Source: a virus. Taken from it: a stretch of 64,000 nt of DNA. Where the stretch lies: positions 1 to 64,000 of IMG/VR virus record IMGVR_UViG_3300032322_002570. One strand, given 5' to 3'. This document shows positions 21,670-32,287 of the stretch, piece after piece. Under the pieces are notes generated by a model. That model did no database searches. It was not told where the DNA came from and saw only the letters and a list, made by a program, of their open reading frames with translations. A program made the position numbers and the translations under genes. Positions within the stretch are counted from its first letter, which is position 1. Every line of letters starts with the position of its first letter.

Positions 21670-22164
21670 ATCATACCACGCGCGAGCGGTCAGCGAGCTT
21701 GCCGTAGAGCGCCTCCAGGAGGTCGTCGACGCTCACCTGGTCCAGGGTGTTGGCCTGGATGTGCTCCCTGGTGGTCTCCTGGCGCAGGAACTCGAATGAG
21801 CCACAGGAGCGCACCGTGAACTCGACCGTGGTGTGCAACGGGATCTGTCGAAAATTCCCTCGACCGTAGTCCTCGATGAGGCAGACGTCTTGCGTTACGG
21901 TCTGCATCGAGAGGCTGTCGATGAAGTAGTTAGAACGAGTTGGCGCTCAGCCTCTGCGAGCAGGACCCTCAGGCGACGAACCTCGCGGATCCGGCCCACC
22001 AGGAGCTCCCGGGCGGCCTCCTGCTCTTCGGACTCGACGATCGCCTCGGCAATTTCCCGCGTCGACGGCGGGGTGCCTGCCTGCACGCTTTCGGCGTCGG
22101 GCGCGTCGAAATCAACCTGGCATTCCATTCGGGGGACTGGTATCTGCTCCAGTCTACCAGGTGC

Positions 22165-22287
22165 TCAGCGAGCGCGGAACTTCGCCTTCATCGCCTTGGC
22201 GCGCCGACGGGAGTCCCGCATCGCCTGTGGCCTACGGGTCGGCTTCTGCGGCTTCTTCGAGTGCTTCTGCCAGTTCGGAACATTCAT
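22165..22287 (-). CDS. 40-aa basic small protein (below the ORF-track cutoff)
   Basis: MNVPNWQKHSKKPQKPTRRPQAMRDSRRRAKAMKAKFRAR; resembles small cyanobacterial/cyanophage proteins; TGCCACAAT upstream. Confidence 0.55.
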   Translation of the reverse strand: MNVPNWQKHSKKPQKPTRRPQAMRDSRRRAKAMKAKFRAR

Positions 22288-22895
22288 GGGTAGGGACCCT
22301 CTCGCTTCAGTCTTCCATTGTGGCACAGAAGACCGGCTACAAGGCGACCAGAAAGACGATCGCCGAGAAGCGTCTGGAACACCGGCGCAAGATCTGGAGA
22401 GAGTCGGACCCGCCGTACTACTGGGGCAAAGGCCAGGTCGCGGACCAGGCAGACCTAAAGGCTGCCCTGGAGCGGCACGCCGGCCTGATCAACCCGTTGG
22501 ATCGAGGAGACCTGGAAGTTCACGAACGAGTTCAGGACCATCTCGAAGACGATCCGCCAGGAAGCAGCCTTGATGTAGAACGAGGTCCGGGCGCCAGCGG
22601 AATGCCCTGAGACCTTATAGATGAACTCCGGAGTGGCCCCGGTCCCTGTCATGGCGTCGTTCAATGTTCGGTCCTGGTGACGTGAGCCGGTATCCTAAGG
22701 CCACCAGGCGCAAAAATGCGATACTCGTTTGCCGGAGTTGAAGATCCAACCCCCGTCCTCGAGATCTCGAGGCGTCTCGAGCACTGCGGCAGTGTCAGGA
22801 AGATCGCCCAGGAGGCCTCTCGCAAGGGGTTGCGGGTGATGTTCGCCAACGGCGCCTTCACCCAAGACGCGCGCATCGTGACCGCCGACGGGTCG

Positions 22896-23438
22896 TCAAA
22901 GAACTTCACCATCCGGGCCCTGGAAAGGGCCTTGCGGGCGGTCGAGCCCGGCGACCTGTAGGAGCTCTTCGATCGGCCTGAGAGCCGATTGCGGCACCGC
23001 ATAGCAGGGGCGGCCCCTCTGGTACGCCTTGATGTACTGCTCCTTCATCGCCTCGTGACCCGGCAGCCACCCGGGGATGACTGCCCTGCTGTGTTCAACG
23101 GTGGCGAGCACATATCGTTTCTCCGGCAGGTCGCGGCGCTGGATCAGCATGTCGTAGCCATGCTTTGGCCTGGTCTTGACATCGATCAGGCCGGGCAGGT
23201 CAGCGGAGCCAGCGACAGGCGACTCATCGATGAACAGCCACTCCTCAAGGCCCAATAGCTTTGCCACAGCCACCTCGCCGATGCAGCCGGTGATGTGCAT
23301 CGCGAGCGCCTTGTTGCCATGGGCAGGCGCGCCGTTGACACCCTTTAATCCCTTGTCGGTGTTGTAGCCCTGCCGCCTGAGCGCTTCCCTAGTGGCCACC
23401 TCCAGGTCCTCGGCGGACAGGAGCACCTCAACTGCCAA
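22896..23438 (-). CDS. Phage protein with PD-(D/E)XK-like motif
   Basis: GCIGEVAVAK...ADL...IDVKTR. Confidence 0.5.
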   Translation of the reverse strand: MAVEVLLSAEDLEVATREALRRQGYNTDKGLKGVNGAPAHGNKALAMHITGCIGEVAVAKLLGLEEWLFIDESPVAGSADLPGLIDVKTRPKHGYDMLIQRRDLPEKRYVLATVEHSRAVIPGWLPGHEAMKEQYIKAYQRGRPCYAVPQSALRPIEELLQVAGLDRPQGPFQGPDGEVL

Positions 23439-23503
23439 GACACAAGAAAGCGGCTATCCGATTGTACCGAGCAACCGGACGCCGCTGTTCGCCGCGAATG
23501 AAA

Positions 23504-23947
23504 TCAGCGCAGCACTTCGATCTTGACGGGAGCGACTCCGGTGGAAATCATCCCAATCCGCCCTGCGGCCCCCTTCGATAGATCAATAGCCCGACCCCCG
23601 ACGAAGGGGCCTCGGTCATTGACGCGGACGATGACGCTACGACCATTATTGCGATTGGTAACCCGCAGCCTGGTTCCGAATGGCAGGTACGGGTGCGCGG
23701 CAGTCATGGCGCTGGGGTTGAATCGCTCGCCATTTGCGGTCAGGTTGCCGGCAAAACCGGGTCCGTACCATGAGGCGATCGAGGCGATCCTGGGATGGCC
23801 TTTGCCGACTTCGGAGGGCAGCCTATCCAGCCAGCGGCCGGCATGAGGGGTGATGCCGTGGTCGACAAAAGACGACCCGCCCACGGTGGCAGCAACAGCA
23901 GGAGAAGATGTTGCGGCCAGTAAGGCGAGTGTAACTAGAGAAAGCAT
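23504..23947 (-). CDS. rlpA: RlpA-like double-psi beta-barrel lytic transglycosylase, secreted
   Basis: ASWYGPGFAGNLTANGERF...TAAHPYLPFGTRLRVTN...VNDRGPF...IDLS; signal peptide. Confidence 0.9.
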   Translation of the reverse strand: MLSLVTLALLAATSSPAVAATVGGSSFVDHGITPHAGRWLDRLPSEVGKGHPRIASIASWYGPGFAGNLTANGERFNPSAMTAAHPYLPFGTRLRVTNRNNGRSVIVRVNDRGPFVGGRAIDLSKGAAGRIGMISTGVAPVKIEVLR

Positions 23948-24764
23948 GAGCTCGTTTCAGGGGACTTTCACGAGGGCGGATGATGGGGATCGGGCTTTGC
24001 AGACCGAACCAGCAACAGGCTCTTGATTGGCGAACCAGGGTGCTTCCGCATGGCGAGGTCCCACACGCGACTGAGCCTAGAGATCGGCACAATCAGGTGC
24101 GAAATTACGCCATCCTCGTGGGTGATCTGGTAGTGGTAGCAAGACTCTTGGAGGCTTGACGCGGCCTCAATTGAGCAAACTGAACCTGCTGCAGTAGACA
24201 CCGCGTTACCAAAATCGATCACCTGTCTAGAGTACCACCTCAAGCCCACCCAGATCAACCTCGAGCGCAGATCCAGTGATCTGAAGCTCGTCCGGGTTCG
24301 GAGTGATGTAGACACACGAGGCGACACCTTCGCCCACCGGCACAGAGTTTTCGCCCAGGCCGATGCGGAACGATGGCGCATCCGGATCCGAGTCGCCGTC
24401 CTTGAATACACGCACACCGGGTGGGATTACGCGGTGCATCGCCAGCCTGTCGAGCAGGCCGTTCAGACGTTCACGGGTGGTGCGACTGGGGCCGCCATTG
24501 CCATCGTAGAACGAGGTGAACCCGACCCAGACTGCGCAGGGCTTCCAGTCATCACAGACCACTCGCAGGATCGGCTCGTCGAAGATGTCCACACGAAAGA
24601 TCTGAACGTCACGTGTGATCCGGTAGGTCACCAGGGTCGTTCCACTGGACCGCGAGCCGGAACCACGGAAGCGACGCAGCAAAAAGAAGTCAAGCAGTTC
24701 GCAGGCGAACTCGGTCAGGCGTCGGTTGGAGCGGGTGTTCATGGGGGATTGCCCTCTGAAAGGA

Positions 24765-25124
24765 TCATGGTAGCACGGAATCCGGCAGTTCAGGCCATTT
24801 ACCGCTCGGCTTGCGCGCCGAGACCCACCACCGCTTGACCGCCGGCTCGAGCCTGACGTGGTAGATCGTCATGACCTGAAACCACCGGACGCCCCACTGG
24901 TCCATCCCCTCCACTGAGTACGACGGCGACCGACTGGCCGCCAGGTCTGGCACAAAGCGGCGGCCTACGCGGTTCCAACTCGGCTCTTTGCCGCGCCACG
25001 AGAGCCGGCAACAGGGCCACGGCAGCTCTTCGCGGTCATAGAGTCGGCAGCAGGGACCTAGGACTCTGTAGGCAAAGCCGCCGCCTGGAGATCGGAGCCA
25101 CTGACCGTCATTGACTGGATGCAC
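24765..25124 (-). CDS. Conserved cyanobacterial-type hypothetical protein (start uncertain)
   Basis: GPCCRLYDREELPWPCCRLSWRGKEPSWNRVGRRFVPD. Confidence 0.5.
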   Translation of the reverse strand: MHPVNDGQWLRSPGGGFAYRVLGPCCRLYDREELPWPCCRLSWRGKEPSWNRVGRRFVPDLAASRSPSYSVEGMDQWGVRWFQVMTIYHVRLEPAVKRWWVSARKPSGKWPELPDSVLP

Positions 25125-25337
25125 CGTTTTTTGGCTTGGGCTTTTTCTTGCCCGGAGACCGGAGATGCACCATCTTACCATTCACGAACGCGAGGCAGTC
25201 GTAGATCGCCTCCTCGAACTCGTACAGGGTGTCCATCAGCGCCTCGGCGCTCTCGAACCGCATCTCCACGATGTCCTGTCCACAGGACTCGCAGAAGTCG
25301 ACGCCGCGACCCGGCTTGAACTCGATCCGCGCGATGA

Positions 25338-26813
25338 TCACGCCTGTTCCTCCTCGTCGCCGGCCTGAGGGTCGGCTTCAGCGCCGGGTGTAGCAGTTTC
25401 CGGCGGGGCCTGGACCTCCTCGTCTGCACGTTCCATCTCTTCGTCGACCTTCAGGTCGGGATCGAGCACACCGCCACGGATGAGTTCGTCGATCACGGTC
25501 CTGCGGCTCAAGACGCCAGACTTATGCAGATTCAGGAGTTGAGCCATGCCTGATGGGTCGAGCGGCCGGTTGATCAGTGACTCGTTGATGGCAATCCCTG
25601 ATTCCTGGACGATGGAGTTCATCTCACCGGCGTATTTAGCCCAAAGTACCATCACCCTTCGGAATGCAGCGGCCTTGTTCCGCGTCAGGCTCGAGACCTG
25701 ACTCGAGACCTGGCTTGAGCGGAGTGATGCTTCTGTGGCGGTCTTCGAGTTCGTGCCGTACAGGAAGTTCAGGCTGGAGCGATCCATCAGGTCCTCCAGG
25801 TGAGAGATCTCCTGCTGGTGGCGCTGCAGGCTGCTGCCGGTCGGCTCGGCAAACTTGAAATCCCCCGTCTCCGGCAGATCAACGCCAGTATTTGAGCCCA
25901 GCATCAGGCGGCTTGGCTTGCCAGTCGTCGCGTTGACAGGAGCGCCCTTGCGGACCGGCACAGGCATAGCGCACTTGTGCAGGAGCTCTACCAGGTCGGA
26001 GCGCATTTGGAAGTGCTGGATCGAGAGCTCCGCCAGGCCACCCATCGGGACACCGCCCTGCCCGAACCGCGACGTCGCGCTGCCATACCAGACGATCGGC
26101 ACCTCATCGATCGAGGTCTTGACGGACTGCCCCTTCTTGTTCCGCCAGGTGCCGTCAACGAACTCAAGACGGTACTCGGTCGTGATACCTGGTTTCATCA
26201 GGTAGTAGACCGGTTCGAGGTCCACGCCAAACTGGCCGGCCTTCGGGGGCTTGGCCTTGATCTGCCGGATCACAGCAAAATCAAGAATCTCTCGACCATC
26301 CTTGTACGTGGTCGACCAATTGATCAGGTCCCGGCGCTGGACCTGAATAAGGTAAGGCGAGCGTCCGTCACGCGACTCATCGCGGTAGTTGTTCGCGCCA
26401 CTACTGGGGAGCATGTCCACCACAGTGTAAACACCACCGTCGCGAAGGGCAAGTTCGTCGCCGTGGTTCCAGAAACTGTAGATGCTGGACCCTTGGCGAT
26501 CAACGTCGAATTCTGCCTGTACCAGACTGGGAGGTGGAAACGCTAACTGGAATCGCCCCAGAAGCCCCGCGTAACCCCTGATGGCATCTCTGAAGATGGG
26601 GGTGTAGGTTGCACGCTCAAGCCTCGGCAGGTACTCGTCCTGGTACTCGCCGGGGTCTTTCGGCAGGTACTTAGACTTCTCTTTTCCACGGCCGGAGGTG
26701 CTCAGTAGGTTCCAGCAGTCGAGGGTGAGCTCAAGCTCCGGCAGGATCTGCCTGAGTTCGGGTCTATGGTACGAGACTAACCCAGGGTCGTCCTGCGGGT
26801 GCTCGATTTTCAT
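25338..26813 (-). CDS. Portal protein (DUF4055-like)
   Basis: YLPK..E...Y..RLERA, DVDRQGSSI, LAELSIQHFQ..SD, KTATE; 491 aa. Confidence 0.85.
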   Translation of the reverse strand: MKIEHPQDDPGLVSYHRPELRQILPELELTLDCWNLLSTSGRGKEKSKYLPKDPGEYQDEYLPRLERATYTPIFRDAIRGYAGLLGRFQLAFPPPSLVQAEFDVDRQGSSIYSFWNHGDELALRDGGVYTVVDMLPSSGANNYRDESRDGRSPYLIQVQRRDLINWSTTYKDGREILDFAVIRQIKAKPPKAGQFGVDLEPVYYLMKPGITTEYRLEFVDGTWRNKKGQSVKTSIDEVPIVWYGSATSRFGQGGVPMGGLAELSIQHFQMRSDLVELLHKCAMPVPVRKGAPVNATTGKPSRLMLGSNTGVDLPETGDFKFAEPTGSSLQRHQQEISHLEDLMDRSSLNFLYGTNSKTATEASLRSSQVSSQVSSLTRNKAAAFRRVMVLWAKYAGEMNSIVQESGIAINESLINRPLDPSGMAQLLNLHKSGVLSRRTVIDELIRGGVLDPDLKVDEEMERADEEVQAPPETATPGAEADPQAGDEEEQA

Positions 26814-27275
26814 CGACTGGCTCTGCGGTCACCTAGTGTTCCGCCGCGCGTCATCACTGCGGCGTGCCGCCCTCGACCACCTCCCGATATTGATCTGGCG
26901 TCAAATACGCGCCAATGCCCGTCTCTAGTCGCCGAAGCCGAAGTATGTCGTACCATAGTTCGTGCTTCAAATCCAGTGCGCCATATCGCGGCAACGCGTT
27001 GAACCGCTCGATCGCGTCACGGACCTCCTGGCTGTAGTGATCATGCTTCCCGGGGCGCGGGGTATGCTTGATGTACTTTTTCATCGATCAGTACTCTCCA
27101 GGTTGTCTCCGTAATCGCATCATCCAGGACGTGAAAACGCCCGCCAGCAACGTAGACGTACTGGCCGACGACCTTTTCGACTGGCGCAAGAAAAGCGGGG
27201 ACCCCTTTTGAGGCCACCCGCATCATGGTTCCAGGTTGTGGACGCCTGTCTTCCAACTAGGCAGTGCAGCTACCT

Positions 27276-30200
27276 CTAGGATACCCCCCGCGCCTCGTCA
27301 AGATCAGCCTTGAAGACGCAGGCGCCGTTTGTGCACGCGCCATCTTGCTGGGTCACGTTGTAGGCTGGATCGTCGTGGATCGACAGCGCTAGGCCGATGT
27401 CGTCCGTGATCCGCCGATCCAGCACCTCCTGATGCAGGCGCTCGTAGGTCTCGAGGTCGATCGGCTCGAACGGCATCCGTGGGAATGTCTGGGAGTCGTC
27501 GAAGCGGGCCAGCAGTGCTGCGGACATGTAGCCGCCGTCCTGTTGAATGTCCTGGTGGATCAGTTTCGCCAGGGTCTCGATCTCCGACTCGCGGATCTCC
27601 AGCGTTGCACTGGTGGTGTGGGTCGAGTAGTGGCGCTGGACCTGCATGTATAGCCCCCACTGGGCCTCGATGGGCAGCCGGCTCAGATCGTGCCTATCGC
27701 AGCCCTCCAGACGGGCCCAGGGCACCTCCACGGGGATCTCGACCAGCACCTCATGGACCCTGGGGTCGTTCACGTCGTCCAGCAGGCGCCCCTCGTCGTC
27801 ACGAGCCGACTGGGCAGGGATCACGCTGTAGCCGTAGTCCTTCAGGGCACCAACGATTGGGTCGGTCTTACTGAAGGTGATGCGGCGGATGAAGCGCTGC
27901 GCCTTGGGCGGATGCCAGCCCGGGCTGGCGCCGGTGAGCAGGCTCTTGGAATTGTGACTCACAATGGCCCCCTGGAAGTACCAGGAGTCGTCATCGTCAA
28001 CACCGCTCACGCTGAAGTCGTAGGTATAATCCGGCTCAGGATCCCGCTCCACTGACGAAACAGTAAACGGCGCGTAGCTAGAGTGCGTCATCTTGGCTGA
28101 ACGAAGAGGTCTTGCGCGACATTTTTCGCTGAACTTATTCAGGAAGTCCCTTGACTCCGGCAAGGTTGCGGCCCTCGACATGACAAGTGACCACATATCC
28201 TTCTCTTCCTGAAGACTTTGCCCCTGTGTATTATGAGACACGGTACAGCCAATCCCAACCGCTTCGGCGATTTGTTGAAGGTTTCGGATAAACGCTTCAG
28301 AGGCCATGTCAATCGAGAAGTGCCCTTTGGTTCTCACGCACCCATCGGTGTCGATAAGGCCGGCGATGAAGCCAAGTACGGACTCCCGAGAGGACACGCG
28401 GATCGCGAGCGGGACTCTTTCCAGCTCTTTACTCTTTCCCTTTTCAAAGCCGTTCAAGTGCATCCAGTCCCATAGCTGTCGAGAGGCAAGGCAGAACTCG
28501 GTCGTCCTCTCCTCGTCTCGAATGGTGCCAGCAAGCCCGAAAAGCTTTGAAGCCACTTCCCTGAGCCGTATGGTCACAGCGCTTCCCGCCGGCATTGAGA
28601 ACCGGATTCGATGACATCTCTCACTCATGCTGCCGTTACCGAACAGCGCTCCCAGGAAATACGCGAGGTCGGGCGACATGGTGGCTGGTGTGCTAATCCC
28701 AACCGACAGCAGTCCAAGCGAGTGCCCGGCAGATTCCCTACGAGCTTCCCTCGTGTACGCAAAAGCCTCCACCGGGATCAAGGCAGCCTCTGACGTATTG
28801 CGGTACTCTCCGAGTGAGTGCTGGATCCTTGACCCAGGCGCCAGGTCCTCGGCTCGACACCATTCGCCGCTCTCCAGCAGCAACCTGTGATCCGGCGTCA
28901 GACGAAGCACTCTCTTGTTTTTGAGTGTGACCCTGATGAGTTCCATCGGCTGGTTGGCGATCCCGGTCTCGGCACTAATGCCGCCTCTGACGCTAAGCCC
29001 AGAGACCTCTGTTTCACCGCTCCCGGGCTCGAGCAGATCGTCGGCGTACAGCAAGCCTTGGTCGAAGACTCTAAGCGCTGTCCTGTCGAGACAGCCTGCC
29101 GGCTGCACCGTGGTATAGCGGTTCGGGATGCGAATGCCCTGGGATAGGCAGTACGACCTGACCTCATCGCCGACGATGTTTCGCCAGTGGGTCAGGTACT
29201 GGCGCTCCGCTTCGACGAAGGCTCTGCCCTGCTTTGCGGGGCGACCATCCATCATCCACTGCAGCCAGGATTCGCCAAAGGCTGTCACAAAGAAGTCGAA
29301 CAGGCCTGTGAAGCTGACGCCGACGATGGGGTCGTTCTCGCGGCTGTACTGGAGGCGTTCACTCGGGAAGTGGTGATGAAGCAGACCAGCGACCTGAAGC
29401 GCGGCGGCGCGGAATGCGCGATCTTGCGCCGGCTGGTCGGAGGGTTCGATGCGGTTCAGGTGCACGTCCCCGAGGTTGCAAACATTGTCGCAAAGAAGAA
29501 TTTCCGCGCATTGGCCACTAACAATTCCACCCGTAAGTGTAAACGAATTATTAGTTGGGACAGTGCAGCAGTAAACGGCAGGAGCGATTCCGGCGTCCGT
29601 GACTGCAGACACTTTTAAGCCTTTGTACCTCATGTTATAGGCACAACGTCTATCAGAAAGGTCCTTCAGTCTAGTAAACTCTACCAGCCCAGCAAGCTTG
29701 ATGGCACCAGCCTGGCCGATGCTAAGCCGATGAGACTCTTTGTTCAGGCAGACGCCGCCCCTGTGCCCCAAGTCGTGATACCGAGCTGGGCGAGGGGGTG
29801 AGATTCTGAAGCGAATCCCAATATCGTGGAGCAGCAAGCCCAGTCCCTCCAGGAACTCCCTCGAGATCGAGACGATCTGATAGCCGTAGCCATTCTTTGA
29901 ATCCAGGGTCGTGCCATCAGCGTCGAACAGTCCCGCGATGAAGTCAAGCTGACACTGTCGAGTCCAGTTGTAGACCTCCTTGGGAAATTCCTTCTTGTAG
30001 ACTGAAACCCAGGGTGACAGGTCTTCTTCTAGCGATTTGCCTAGGTTCAGCAGGTAGCCAGCATCGGATAAGCCAAACCGCTCTCCGGTCACTCGGCCGC
30101 TCCGCGCGACGTACTTTTTAACTCCGATCTCTCGCTGTGACTCGACCAGCCTATCTACGCAAACATGCTTGGGCTCGTACACCTTGCAGACCGGTGTGAA

Positions 30201-31778
30201 CTGACTCTTGTTATAGGTCCCGTCCCCAACAAGAAAACCTTTGAGGTAAGCGCCATTAGCATGGACCTTACCGTTGACACGCTTTTCCGTGGACTTGAGC
30301 TGCATGCCAGGCTGGAGGTCTCGCGCCTCGATCCGCGTCCCGTCTTCTAAGATGAACGCGTGATACGGAGTGACGGTGTAACTAATTCCGCAATGGAGTT
30401 CAACGCGGACAACTGGCTGATCGGTTCCGGTTACCCTGAAGTTGTCAATTTTTACCCACCGGACACCGTCGAACACTTCAACCTCCCTGCCAACTAATGA
30501 CTCGATCGGGAAATGCCCCTGCCTTGTCATAACCATGGTCCCCGGGATAAGGCAGGGGTTCAATCCGTACCGGTGCATCCTGTGGTGGATGATCCGGTCA
30601 TTCGTGGGTTCGCCGACCTCTTTCGCGAGCGTCCTGATGTAGTTCGTCGCCGCAGTCTTGTCAGATCTATTGTACAACTTCAGGAAATGCTTCTTCTTGC
30701 CTGGGTCATCGAGCAGGTCGGCGTTTGCGCGCGCAATCGCCTCCGGCACATACTGGATCGCGCCTTCGCCACTGCCATGCTGCAGCGTCACTGCATCCAG
30801 GATCTCCTGGTACGTCGGCTTGTGATGCCAAGTCCGCGTGTGGTTCGCCATGCGAAGCGCCTCACGCTCCGGGTCCACGCTCCAATTACCATCCTCGTCT
30901 TGCTTGTATAGACCAAGCTTCGCGATTGCGGCCTCTTCGTCGTGCTCGCTGAACTGCCTCATACCCGCTGCGCGTCTAATGCTGCCGGCAACGACGGCGC
31001 TCGCAGCCTCGTCAATCAGCAGGCACGCCTCGATCGGCGTCAGCTTCCGCCCGTGGGCCTTCCCGAGCAGCGTCGTGACCCGCTCCAGGGTGGACCGAAG
31101 CTTAATCGGGTTCGACACCCCGCCAAACCCCTTCAGGCGATTTCCAGCCCCCCGCACGTGCGTCAGATCAATGTTCACGAAGACGGGCTCATCCTCTTCG
31201 CCGCCGACCTCGAGCAGCCCCATCGCTATATTGATCAGTCCCTGATAGGCGTCGACCCACCCCTGCCGGGAGTCGCCAACCGTGATGTCGACCGAGGTCG
31301 GATGAGTAAACTCGATCCCGGTACTCTCCTGCCCGCCATCGCTGTCGGGATCCTCCTTGACGGTCCCCAGCACGAGCTTGTGCTTGATCGGCGGAAGCTT
31401 GCCCACTACGTCCTGCTGGAGCACGGCGCCGGTGCCGGTACCGCACATGGCGAGCTCCATCAGTAGGCCGAACTGGGCCGGCTCATCGATGAAGCTCGAC
31501 TGGCAGTTGTAGAAGCCGTAGAAGTTCTCGGGCTGCCGGCTCCAGTCGGTGCCGCTGACCCAAAGGGCCCGGCCACTGGGGAAGGCCTGCTGCTGTAGGG
31601 CAGCCTCCAGGCAGAGTTCGCGCTGCTCTTCGGTGAAGGAGCCGACCTCCGCGATGCCATTCACGGCACGCGTCACGGCCTCAGTGAAGCTCTCCCGGGT
31701 GCCATCGTCTTTGCGACGGCTGTAGCTCCGATAGAAGACAGCAGGAGCACAGGGAGCGGACTCCAGGAAATCTGACAT
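27276..31778 (-). CDS. nrdJ: Class II (B12-dependent) ribonucleoside-triphosphate reductase with two inteins
   Basis: RSYSR, PSGR, YNC, VVAGSIRR, RMAN, GEG, NP|CAEI, TTVQPAG|SKS; about 771 aa after splicing; start ATG 31778. Confidence 0.93.
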   Translation of the reverse strand: MSDFLESAPCAPAVFYRSYSRRKDDGTRESFTEAVTRAVNGIAEVGSFTEEQRELCLEAALQQQAFPSGRALWVSGTDWSRQPENFYGFYNCQSSFIDEPAQFGLLMELAMCGTGTGAVLQQDVVGKLPPIKHKLVLGTVKEDPDSDGGQESTGIEFTHPTSVDITVGDSRQGWVDAYQGLINIAMGLLEVGGEEDEPVFVNIDLTHVRGAGNRLKGFGGVSNPIKLRSTLERVTTLLGKAHGRKLTPIEACLLIDEAASAVVAGSIRRAAGMRQFSEHDEEAAIAKLGLYKQDEDGNWSVDPEREALRMANHTRTWHHKPTYQEILDAVTLQHGSGEGAIQYVPEAIARANADLLDDPGKKKHFLKLYNRSDKTAATNYIRTLAKEVGEPTNDRIIHHRMHRYGLNPCLIPGTMVMTRQGHFPIESLVGREVEVFDGVRWVKIDNFRVTGTDQPVVRVELHCGISYTVTPYHAFILEDGTRIEARDLQPGMQLKSTEKRVNGKVHANGAYLKGFLVGDGTYNKSQFTPVCKVYEPKHVCVDRLVESQREIGVKKYVARSGRVTGERFGLSDAGYLLNLGKSLEEDLSPWVSVYKKEFPKEVYNWTRQCQLDFIAGLFDADGTTLDSKNGYGYQIVSISREFLEGLGLLLHDIGIRFRISPPRPARYHDLGHRGGVCLNKESHRLSIGQAGAIKLAGLVEFTRLKDLSDRRCAYNMRYKGLKVSAVTDAGIAPAVYCCTVPTNNSFTLTGGIVSGQCAEILLCDNVCNLGDVHLNRIEPSDQPAQDRAFRAAALQVAGLLHHHFPSERLQYSRENDPIVGVSFTGLFDFFVTAFGESWLQWMMDGRPAKQGRAFVEAERQYLTHWRNIVGDEVRSYCLSQGIRIPNRYTTVQPAGCLDRTALRVFDQGLLYADDLLEPGSGETEVSGLSVRGGISAETGIANQPMELIRVTLKNKRVLRLTPDHRLLLESGEWCRAEDLAPGSRIQHSLGEYRNTSEAALIPVEAFAYTREARRESAGHSLGLLSVGISTPATMSPDLAYFLGALFGNGSMSERCHRIRFSMPAGSAVTIRLREVASKLFGLAGTIRDEERTTEFCLASRQLWDWMHLNGFEKGKSKELERVPLAIRVSSRESVLGFIAGLIDTDGCVRTKGHFSIDMASEAFIRNLQQIAEAVGIGCTVSHNTQGQSLQEEKDMWSLVMSRAATLPESRDFLNKFSEKCRARPLRSAKMTHSSYAPFTVSSVERDPEPDYTYDFSVSGVDDDDSWYFQGAIVSHNSKSLLTGASPGWHPPKAQRFIRRITFSKTDPIVGALKDYGYSVIPAQSARDDEGRLLDDVNDPRVHEVLVEIPVEVPWARLEGCDRHDLSRLPIEAQWGLYMQVQRHYSTHTTSATLEIRESEIETLAKLIHQDIQQDGGYMSAALLARFDDSQTFPRMPFEPIDLETYERLHQEVLDRRITDDIGLALSIHDDPAYNVTQQDGACTNGACVFKADLDEARGVS
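27951..29093 (-). mobile_element. Intein 2 of NrdJ (381 aa, LAGLIDADG type)
   Basis: QPAG|CLDRTAL ... YFLGALFGNG ... FIAGLIDTDG ... IVSHN|SKS. Confidence 0.9.
29511..30554 (-). mobile_element. Intein 1 of NrdJ (348 aa, LAGLIDADG type, C-terminal Gly-Gln)
   Basis: LNP|CLIPGTMV ... YLKGFLVGDG ... FIAGLFDADG ... IVSGQ|CAEI. Confidence 0.9.
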
Positions 31779-31825
31779 TGATAGGCAAAGCAAGAGTTAG
31801 TCTTCCGCTTTCGCGGGCGTCGATT

Positions 31826-32080
31826 CTACCCCAGATCGCGGGATTCTGCGACTTTCTGCCAGGGCTCGGGCAGGTTCTGGAACATGGTGCCGCGAAGTGC
31901 GGCGCGCGCTGTCACCCAGGCTCGCAACAGGTCAATCGCGTGGTTGCGAAGCGCGTCTGGATCGCGGCACTCCTGCAAAGCGCGAACCATGCTTTCCTGC
32001 TGAAAGCGCTCGGCCATGGTGAGCTCAAAGGCGGGATTCGGTTCCAATCTAAAATGTGCAAGGCCAGCGAACTCTAGCAT
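31826..32080 (-). CDS. nblA: NblA-like phycobilisome degradation adaptor
   Basis: ELTMAERFQQESMVRALQECRDPDALRNHAIDLLRAW follows the NblA helix-loop-helix pattern (LTxxxxF...). Confidence 0.55.
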   Translation of the reverse strand: MLEFAGLAHFRLEPNPAFELTMAERFQQESMVRALQECRDPDALRNHAIDLLRAWVTARAALRGTMFQNLPEPWQKVAESRDLG

Positions 32081-32082
32081 AC

Positions 32083-32259
32083 CTAGGTCCCGGGCTCCCG
32101 CAGCGGAACCCCCTTCAACCTGTCAACATGGGCCACGATTCCCTCGTAGACACGTTTCCACTCCGGATGCCTGTGGCTGTACAGGCGAAGCGTATCCAGC
32201 GCATCCAGGAACGCGTCTTCGGTCGGGTCCTCAACGAGGACGTCGCGGATGATAGCCAT
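32083..32259 (-). CDS. Small hypothetical protein
   Basis: MAIIRDVLVEDPTEDAFLDALDTLRLYS...; fills the gap between primase and the NblA-like gene. Confidence 0.5.
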   Translation of the reverse strand: MAIIRDVLVEDPTEDAFLDALDTLRLYSHRHPEWKRVYEGIVAHVDRLKGVPLREPGT

Positions 32260-32287
32260 GGCCGACAGGCGTGTCCGTAGGATGCCG

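Noticed and set aside
22320-22610. Apparent frameshifted plus-strand pseudogene
   Set aside because: The shifted codon pattern after about 22495 is explained by the overlapping minus-strand ORF 22455-22664
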